Origin: Bacteroidota bacterium
Lineage (GTDB): Bacteria > Bacteroidota > Bacteroidia > Bacteroidales > JAHJDW01
Direction: 5' to 3'
Assembly (NCBI GenBank): GCA_018812245.1
Contig: JAHJDW010000163.1
Coordinates: 41,435 to 105,434, forward strand
Length of the DNA: 64,000 nucleotides
The position numbers were made by a program, and so were the translations under genes. The notes beneath the pieces are model-generated. The model worked only from the letters and a program-made list of their open reading frames with translations. It had not been told where the DNA came from and did no database searches. Below are positions 1 to 6,855 of this stretch, one piece after another (positions within the stretch are counted from its first letter, which is position 1; the number at the start of each line of letters is the position of its first letter).

Positions 1-1449
1 GAGATTCACGGCGAAATCTTTTGAAGAAGCCACCAGAATAACATAGAATCCCGCAGGCAACGCCGGGACTTTCGTTTCAACCGAATGGCTTTGGTAATCG
101 CCGTCGTTGGGCAGGTTGAGTGAATATTCCTGAACGGGTTTCAGTTTGGTCAATGTAATGATATAGTCATCGCCGTATTTATCGCGGGCCAGACTCCGGT
201 ATTTTTCCGGGTCAATCGGGCAAACCCTGACAAACACTTCGGGAACATTTTTGTAGGTAATCAGCGATTTGAAAGGCTTTTCGGGAAGGTTGGCACTTTC
301 GGTCTGGAAAACCAGTGATTTTGTGAGGATCAGATTTTTCTGATACTTTGCATTTGTTGCATGACCGGAAGAGGGGTATTTTTCGATAATGCCATCAAAA
401 ATTTCTATTGCCGTTTTGCAGTCCCACTTGTTTTTTTCTCCCGCTGAAGGATTGTACGTGTCGCCCAATTGCTTGTAATACAGTCCGATGGCATATTTTA
501 CTGCTGCTGCTGCGTCGTTTCCTGCCAGTTCTTTTTCCAACTTTTGCAGTGTGCTCAGGTAGAGGCTGTCTTTGTATGCAAAAACCGCTTTGTTTCGCAC
601 GAATGTGAGTCGTTTCAGATCGGCATCAGTCAATGCGTCGGCATTGTGTGTTCCTTTGTGAAATTTGATGATATCCTGAAGGGTTTTTAGCGCAAAAAAC
701 TTGAGCGACATGGTGTCTTTGGTGGTCAATGGAATATTTACGAACTGGTCGTAGGAAGCTATGTATGCCTCGTTTTCGATCTCAAATTTGTATGCCGGGC
801 GAATGATATCAGGCTCTTCGTTCATGAAGAAGTCAACCGCACGGTGCGCAAGAAAATCATATAATGTGGGGCGATATTTTTTCGAGTTAGTGTAAGCAAT
901 CAGGATGGGATCGTACGCATCGAGCTGAATTTTCTGAAGTGCTGCCGGATCTTTCAGTGACTGTGTATAATGGTAAATGGCTGTTGAAATGAGCTTTTTT
1001 GTGTCCCATACCAGAATATCATCGCTTTCGTAGTCAACTGTTGCCGAACGGGCACTGATTATCCATCGGTTATTTTGGTAATATTGCCAATAGAGTTCGG
1101 CCAAAACTGAGTGGAGAAGCTGTTTGAGGGGTGTGTCAGCGGTTTTGATCTCTTCCGTCATAAGGGCAATGTTTTCTTGCAGGTATTTTTCTTCGAGATA
1201 CGATTCATACTTGAGTTTGTAAATGATCGCTTTCACGGTTTGCGGCGTGTTTTTGTCGGCTTTTGCCTGCTTATAGATTTCGAGCACAACTTCGAGGGCT
1301 GATTTCGAGAGGCCTTTCGATTCAAGCGAATCCACTTTTGCCCAACTGGTTTTGTAATCAGGAAACGAAGGTGTGAAAACGGTATTGCCCAGTGCAATTA
1401 CAGCGATCAGCGCCACGGCAGCCGCGGCAAGAAATATACGTGGTTTCAT
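1..1449 (-). CDS. Alpha-2-macroglobulin / MG2-family large lipoprotein, N-terminal part. The gene runs off the window start.
   Basis: This minus-strand ORF is open to the window edge and is absent from the ORF track because it has no stop in the window. The ATG is at 1449-1447. My translation begins MKPRIFLAAAAVALIAVIALGNTVF...SWAKVDSLESKGLSKSALEVVLEIYKQAKADKNTPQTVKAIIYKLKYESYLEE...LAELYWQYYQNNRW. That resembles the helical N-terminus I remember from Bacteroidota A2M-like proteins. Confidence 0.55.
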   Translation of the reverse strand, partial: MKPRIFLAAAAVALIAVIALGNTVFTPSFPDYKTSWAKVDSLESKGLSKSALEVVLEIYKQAKADKNTPQTVKAIIYKLKYESYLEEKYLQENIALMTEEIKTADTPLKQLLHSVLAELYWQYYQNNRWIISARSATVDYESDDILVWDTKKLISTAIYHYTQSLKDPAALQKIQLDAYDPILIAYTNSKKYRPTLYDFLAHRAVDFFMNEEPDIIRPAYKFEIENEAYIASYDQFVNIPLTTKDTMSLKFFALKTLQDIIKFHKGTHNADALTDADLKRLTFVRNKAVFAYKDSLYLSTLQKLEKELAGNDAAAAVKYAIGLYYKQLGDTYNPSAGEKNKWDCKTAIEIFDGIIEKYPSSGHATNAKYQKNLILTKSLVFQTESANLPEKPFKSLITYKNVPEVFVRVCPIDPEKYRSLARDKYGDDYIITLTKLKPVQEYSLNLPNDGDYQSHSVETKVPALPAGFYVILVASSKDFAVNL

Positions 1450-1514
1450 AGGTTAGAGCTTAATTCAACAAATATAAACATTTCGACCAAACATCCGAAA
1501 AGCAGGATGCGATT

Positions 1515-1678
1515 ATGGAGATAATTCCACAAGAGGCCTTCTCAAATGTTCAAAAAAGACGGCGACTGCCGGAATGGGTATGACCAGAGCGGATATGGTA
1601 AAATATTCAGGCAGTCAAAGTCGGGTGAGTGAGGTTTTAAATAGAAAAAGAAAATTCTCCCTTAGTATGGTTCCATGA
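1515..1678 (+). pseudogene. Remnant of a HigA/XRE-type HTH antitoxin gene, frameshifted and truncated.
   Basis: Two short frames are present: MEIIPQEAFSNVQKRRRLPEWV* and, in another frame, MGMTRADMVKYSGSQSRVSEVLNRKRKFSLSMVP*. The S-x-SRVSEVLNxKRKxSL string is typical of the HigA helix-turn-helix. The C-terminal half is missing. Confidence 0.4.
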
Positions 1679-1764
1679 GGAATTGGATTTTGCCATTCCC
1701 AGTCCTGAGCCCTTGCATTTATCAGCAGGAATAATGATGCAAAAATTGAAAGAAGTGTTTTCAT
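1615..1764 (-). pseudogene. Orphan signal peptide plus the first residues of a secreted protein (truncated gene remnant).
   Basis: The translation is MKTLLSIFASLFLLINARAQDWEWQNPIPHGT, then nonsense sequence and a stop. The meaningful part ends where the HigA-like fragment on the other strand begins (about 1678-1680). Confidence 0.3.
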
Positions 1765-1821
1765 GTTGTTCGTTTTTCGTGTAAAGGGCGATTAAATAAA
1801 GGTATAGTCTGGCTCTTTGGC

Positions 1822-2145
1822 TTACTCTTGAATATGATAATCAACAAGTTCCCAAATTGTACCATCAAAGAAATCTCTGCGGATTACACCTGTATTTTTG
1901 GCATAATATATACTTTGAAAAGGATTGTAGTATTGCTGTTTGCTGTGTGTCATTTTTATGACATCATTATAGCAGATATGGCTAATAACCATCGAATCTA
2001 AATATACAAAAAGCAAACTATCATCAGCATCTCCATAATTCACTACCTGCTTATTGTTATATTTTAGTAAACTCTTTGTACTATAATTAAATCCTTGAGA
2101 ATAATAACGTTGTTCAAAAGGAAATACAATTGTCTTATAAAACAA
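1822..2145 (-). CDS. Hypothetical protein or gene fragment in an AT-rich patch.
   Basis: A 107-aa ORF with a TTG start and no in-frame ATG upstream. It is visibly more AT-rich than its surroundings. It is Tyr/Asn-rich and carries no motif I recognise. Confidence 0.3.
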   Translation of the reverse strand: MFYKTIVFPFEQRYYSQGFNYSTKSLLKYNNKQVVNYGDADDSLLFVYLDSMVISHICYNDVIKMTHSKQQYYNPFQSIYYAKNTGVIRRDFFDGTIWELVDYHIQE

Positions 2146-2281
2146 AACACGAATTGAGAAACAAGAATGACTAAAACCGTTGGAAGAATCCTAAATGTCT
2201 GTTGATTTTCAATCCGTTCAATCGAAAAAACTAACTTTGCTAACCTAAAAAACTAATTTCAGACCACACAACCCCACACCC

Positions 2282-2521
2282 ATGAAATACACCATCATTA
2301 TCGCATTATTCCTGACCACAATTTCAGGCTATTCGCAGGAAAAAACAACCGACGCCACAACCGACGCCACAACCGGCGCAACGCCCTGCTATTACGACTC
2401 AATTCCGATGGCAGAAATGCTGGAGGTAATCAGAATATCAGAGGAAGCCCACGTGCTTTCAACCGTTCTCACTTCTACGAAATATGATACTCCTTCGCCA
2501 ATCTCGACTGGAACCTGCTGA
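2282..2521 (+). CDS. Small exported hypothetical protein (79 aa).
   Basis: The N-terminus is a signal peptide, MKYTIIIALFLTTISGYSQE. A TAACTTTG (-7-type) box lies about 45 nt upstream. The 3' end overlaps the convergent sensor gene by 47 nt. Confidence 0.3.
   Translation: MKYTIIIALFLTTISGYSQEKTTDATTDATTGATPCYYDSIPMAEMLEVIRISEEAHVLSTVLTSTKYDTPSPISTGTC
2345..2380 (+). repeat. Tandem repeat, 3 copies of a 12-bp unit (acaaccgacgcc, acaaccgacgcc, acaaccggcgca).
   Basis: Read directly from the sequence. It encodes TTDA-TTDA-TTGA in the 2282 ORF. Confidence 0.8.
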
Positions 2522-5372
2522 TTACGCTGAACACTTTTTTGATTACTGAAACCTCAATTTCCGTCAGTTTCGATACGATCAGTATATTACTTGGAGGGCT
2601 GCCAGCAGCAATCTGTGATGCCTGATTCCGAAACCGCAACTGCATCAGAAAATCATATGCTGCCATTAGCTCCTTGCGATCGCGGGCAGTGAGGTTTCCC
2701 TTTTTCTCCAAAGCACGTATTCGCCCAAGTGTATTAGTTTCGGTTACGCCATGCTTGAGTGCATGAATTCGGGCAAAGCCGATAACCGCCATTACTGCCT
2801 TCTTCAAATCAAGCCCTTGATCTGACGATTGAACCACAATATTTCCGAACATGTTGAGTGGAGGCTTAAACGACAACGCATTGGTGGCCAGATGGTACAA
2901 AAACAGCGGTTTCTGAGGAATAATCGAAGCAAGATGATTGCGCAACTCATCAACCAGGGCGCCGTCGCCAGCGATCAACCTGAAATCAAAAAACACTGAA
3001 AACTCCATCAGATCCTTCGGTTCAGATTCAATAATCCACGAAGTGAAATAATTTTTCCAGGTTGTAATTGAAGCCGTCCAGCGCGGGTTCATGGCCATTA
3101 CCTCTCCCGGGCACAGGGGAAAACCTGCATCTTTAAGTCTCATGTTTACCTTGTTGGCAACTCGCAGGAAGTAGGCAGAAATCTCTTCCTCCGGAAGTTC
3201 GCTACCCGCCGGATTGTAAATAATTGCATTGTCCTGATCTGACGACAAAGTTGGTTCCTCGCGACCTTCGCTTCCCAAAGCAAGAAACGCAAAAGGAACC
3301 GGAGGCTGTCCTTCTTCCTCAATAGCTTGAGCAATCACCTTCTTCGCTACGCTTTCGCTGAAAAGACTTACTGTCCGCGTGATTGTCTCTGCTCCGGCAC
3401 CCGATTCCGCCATGCCGGCAATCATTTTCGATAATCGCTGCCTGATTTCGCCAATTTCTTCAGGATCGTCGGTTCTTGTCAAATCGTGCAGAATAAAATT
3501 GAAGGAGCTGCGCTGAATATTAAACAAATCTCGTGCACTGATAATCCCTGTTACATCTCCTGCTTCTGATTTCACAGGAATATGGCTGTATCCACTATCG
3601 TGCATCAGCGCCATTACTTCAAACAAAGGCGTATCGGGAGAAACCGTGCGTAGCGGAGCGCTCATAATTGAAAAAAGCGGTGCATTCAAGTCTGCTTTGT
3701 TCACAATCACGCGGGTTCTGATGTCTTCATCGGTAATAATTCCCATACTCAAATCAGCACCCGCAGCCACAACAATGGCGTCGGCACCCGATTTTGTCAT
3801 GGTCGATATTGCCTTCCCAATCGGTTCATTCATACTGCAAACAAGCACATCACCCTGCAATCGCGAAACCGGCATGTCCAGATACTGTAGCGAAGCCTGC
3901 AAATCAGTTATCAGGCTGTCTTTCTCTCTGGCTTCACGCACACTACGGGTAATATCTTCAAGTATTCCATCGTAAAAAACAGCATCGCCAGACATGCCGG
4001 GTACCGGAACAGCCGAAAACTGAATCACTGCAATACTTCCATCAGCATGAACATACTGAATCGTCTCGCGGGTAATTGCTTTGCCATTGCGCATCGCCTC
4101 GGGAATATGCTGGGGGAAATCCTCCGGGGGAAAGATCTCGGAAAACTCCTGTCCATTGATCTGTTCCGGACTATCAAAGCCAAGAATGCTTGAAGTTGCC
4201 CGATTCACTTCCACGAATCGCAACGAATCGGCTCCGTTCAGACGGAAAACGCCAATATTGATGCGTGAGGCAAGTGCCGCAAAGCGGATTCTGTCGCGGC
4301 CCGAGCCGTGACTTTGCTTTTTATCATCTGTAATATCACGAAACAAACAGAGAACCGCGGGTTGTCCGGCGTACGCCACCTGACTGATATTCACCATAAA
4401 ATCGCCTTCTCCGGCTGAGAGCTTGATCTTCATTTCGATCCTGCTATAAGGGAGCTCTCCCTTTCTGACGCTTTCAACTGCTTTGCTGAAAAGATCAGCA
4501 CTTGCACCCTGAACCAGGGATAATATTACATCAAGACTTGTGCTTTCACCTTCAAGTCCCAATTTTTCAACAAAGTTGCGATTGGCAAATGCAGAATTTC
4601 CTTCAAAAACAATCAGAATCCCTTCCGAAGCTGACTCTGCCAGTGCCTGATATCGCTCCTTGGCGCTCAACAGCAACTGCTCAGCATCCTGTCTTTTGCG
4701 CTCGGTATTCAGGCTGCGGCGCGTCATCAAAAACAGAATGAACCCGATCAGGGCAATGATGATGAATGAGGCAATAGTTATCTTTTGGGTCATGGAACGG
4801 ATCTCTTTTCTCACGTCTTCTAAGTAAATTCCGGTTCCGATAATCCAGTTCCAGGGAACAAATTCCTTAACATAACTTAGCTTTGGAACGACGCGCGTTG
4901 AATCGTCTTTCCATTGCCATTTGTAATCAATGTAGCCTTCACGGCTTCCTTTCACCACGTTCACGGCCTCCACAAACAGTTTTTTGCCCTCGGGGTCGGC
5001 ATAGTTTGCCAGATCGCGCCCATCCATTTCCTGACGATAGGGGTGCATAATCATCACTGGCTGCATGTCGGTAATCCAAAAATAATCTTTGTTCTCGTCG
5101 CCGTATCGCAAGTATTCAATCCGTGAGATGGCCTGCTTTTGTGCCTCCTCGCGTGTCAGCAATCCGCTTTGCTCGTCCTTGTGGTACTTGTCGAGAATAC
5201 TCCAGGCTGAATGAGTTAGCTCGCGAATCATCTCCTTTTTTCGTTCCATCAATCCACTCCGAAATGCCGGAACTATAAAAATAAACAACGTGAGCGCAAA
5301 CAAAACAATAGTTGCTGCCGCCGGGGATATTACCCTGAGCCTGATGTTGCGATGAAGCGGATTTCCTGCCAT
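2475..5372 (-). CDS. Membrane sensor protein with domain order sCache - TM - PAS - PAS - CBS pair - DUF294 nucleotidyltransferase - DUF294_C.
   Basis: Two TM helices flank a roughly 155-aa segment carrying the Cache signature (YFWITDMQPVMIMHPY...PKLSYVKEFVPWNWIIGTGIYLEDV). CBS-like segments follow. The NTase hallmark LALGSEGREEPTLSSDQDNAIIY is present. Confidence 0.75.
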   Translation of the reverse strand: MAGNPLHRNIRLRVISPAAATIVLFALTLFIFIVPAFRSGLMERKKEMIRELTHSAWSILDKYHKDEQSGLLTREEAQKQAISRIEYLRYGDENKDYFWITDMQPVMIMHPYRQEMDGRDLANYADPEGKKLFVEAVNVVKGSREGYIDYKWQWKDDSTRVVPKLSYVKEFVPWNWIIGTGIYLEDVRKEIRSMTQKITIASFIIIALIGFILFLMTRRSLNTERKRQDAEQLLLSAKERYQALAESASEGILIVFEGNSAFANRNFVEKLGLEGESTSLDVILSLVQGASADLFSKAVESVRKGELPYSRIEMKIKLSAGEGDFMVNISQVAYAGQPAVLCLFRDITDDKKQSHGSGRDRIRFAALASRINIGVFRLNGADSLRFVEVNRATSSILGFDSPEQINGQEFSEIFPPEDFPQHIPEAMRNGKAITRETIQYVHADGSIAVIQFSAVPVPGMSGDAVFYDGILEDITRSVREAREKDSLITDLQASLQYLDMPVSRLQGDVLVCSMNEPIGKAISTMTKSGADAIVVAAGADLSMGIITDEDIRTRVIVNKADLNAPLFSIMSAPLRTVSPDTPLFEVMALMHDSGYSHIPVKSEAGDVTGIISARDLFNIQRSSFNFILHDLTRTDDPEEIGEIRQRLSKMIAGMAESGAGAETITRTVSLFSESVAKKVIAQAIEEEGQPPVPFAFLALGSEGREEPTLSSDQDNAIIYNPAGSELPEEEISAYFLRVANKVNMRLKDAGFPLCPGEVMAMNPRWTASITTWKNYFTSWIIESEPKDLMEFSVFFDFRLIAGDGALVDELRNHLASIIPQKPLFLYHLATNALSFKPPLNMFGNIVVQSSDQGLDLKKAVMAVIGFARIHALKHGVTETNTLGRIRALEKKGNLTARDRKELMAAYDFLMQLRFRNQASQIAAGSPPSNILIVSKLTEIEVSVIKKVFSVISRFQSRLAKEYHIS

Positions 5373-5377
5373 AATCT

Positions 5378-5413
5378 ATAAAACAAAGACCCCTTCTGCT
5401 TTTGCAAAAGGGG
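5378..5413 (-). terminator. Rho-independent terminator-like hairpin between the porin and the sensor gene.
   Basis: On the forward strand the structure is ccccttctgc-tttt-gcaaaagggg (5390-5413), a 10-bp stem with one mismatch. On the minus strand it is followed by tctttgtttt. It ends 17 nt before the sensor ATG. Confidence 0.55.
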
Positions 5414-5439
5414 CCGGTGAGCGATAAGTTATCATTACA

Positions 5440-6711
5440 TCAGAATGAATAGATGACACTGAACAAAGCGCGGATATTCGCCACTTCCTTCAGTTCAGCA
5501 TCCGGGTAATCAGTAGTTGGACCAGTGAGAACCTCCCCAAGACTGTTCCGTGTGTTCCCATAACCAGCCACAGTGTATTCACCTTCGAGGGCAAATTTAA
5601 CCTTGCCCGAAATGAGCACAACGCGAGGAGAAACCCTGTAAACATGATGAATATTGGCGCCACGTGCGGAATAACTTGAAGCTGATGACCAACTGCGGAT
5701 ATTGTTGTCAGAACCCATGTTTAATGTATAACCACCAAACAAGCCTGCTTGTAATTTCTTTCCATTGGTTTGGAATTCAAACCATGCCGACATGGTATTC
5801 AACGGAGTGTATTCACGATGATCAACAGCAAGGTTGGTAGCCAGTGTATCATACTTTACTGCGTAACCACCGAGCATCAACAGGTCGTACATGTTTTGGC
5901 CATAAACACCTTCCAGACGACAAGTATATTTTTCTGTCCGGTAGGTCAAAAAGACCTGAGCCGACATTGCAGCCACGAGTTCATCAGCTTTGTACATACT
6001 GTCGGTTACCAGACGCGGGCGTAGCATTTTGTAACCTCCGGTTAGTCCGGCAAGAAGACCTTCCTTTTTGTCACCATACTGGAATTGCAATTGCATGTCC
6101 GGAACAGGGCTGTTTCTCAGGCTTGTTGAGCCGCCCGGGCTTGCAAAGTCGCGCTGTGCAAGAGCTGCAGCCATAATGCGGATTTTTGGAGTAACAGAGT
6201 ATGTAAAACGAATTTGTGGATTTCTGGAGAATGGCTGAAACGGAACACCGGTATTGAATGACATAACATTCGGGAAACATTCCGGAACAAACATGGGATG
6301 CCAGTATTGACCCAAAAGCAGTTCGGATTTTTCCCAGTTGAGTTTTACAAATGCATGACGCAGGCGGAATCCGTTGATGTCGGCATCAGTGTGACCAAAG
6401 AATGCTCCTTCGAGAACTCCCGAAGTTTTTGCACCAAAAGCATCGGGACCGGTAATTTTTCCGGTAAGCCGTGTCTGGATAGCGAGCATGTTGAAGCTCG
6501 GGGTGGCATTAATGTCAACACCATCAACATCGAGGCTTTCTGCATTCGGATAGAGCAAAAAATGCCCTTCGCGAGCAGAGGTTACCTGGCGGGAATCGAA
6601 AAACGCGTCGTTTTTCACAAACCCACTGAATTTAATTCCAAAATCTTTTTCTTCCTGTGCAATTCCAAATAAGGGCAACAGGGCAAAAGCGATAGCGGCA
6701 AATTTTTTCAT
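5440..6711 (-). CDS. Outer-membrane beta-barrel porin.
   Basis: It has a signal peptide (MKKFAAIAFALLPLFGIAQE), alternating amphipathic strands, and a C-terminal aromatic residue (SVIYSF). Confidence 0.6.
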   Translation of the reverse strand: MKKFAAIAFALLPLFGIAQEEKDFGIKFSGFVKNDAFFDSRQVTSAREGHFLLYPNAESLDVDGVDINATPSFNMLAIQTRLTGKITGPDAFGAKTSGVLEGAFFGHTDADINGFRLRHAFVKLNWEKSELLLGQYWHPMFVPECFPNVMSFNTGVPFQPFSRNPQIRFTYSVTPKIRIMAAALAQRDFASPGGSTSLRNSPVPDMQLQFQYGDKKEGLLAGLTGGYKMLRPRLVTDSMYKADELVAAMSAQVFLTYRTEKYTCRLEGVYGQNMYDLLMLGGYAVKYDTLATNLAVDHREYTPLNTMSAWFEFQTNGKKLQAGLFGGYTLNMGSDNNIRSWSSASSYSARGANIHHVYRVSPRVVLISGKVKFALEGEYTVAGYGNTRNSLGEVLTGPTTDYPDAELKEVANIRALFSVIYSF

Positions 6712-6855
6712 AAGGCGATTTTAGGTTTTTATAATTCGGGTAAAATTACAATTAATTTCAAAATGAACGTGCTGGCGGACGTTTTTTTTGGTTTGTACGC
6801 CTTTTTTTGCAGTTAAGTTTCATTTTCTTACTTTTACGCAAAACTAATACTGTTC

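Noticed and set aside
2345-2380. The tandem 12-bp repeats as a possible CRISPR or minisatellite locus.
   Set aside because: There are only three contiguous copies with no spacers. They are in frame within a small ORF, so this is a simple coding microrepeat.
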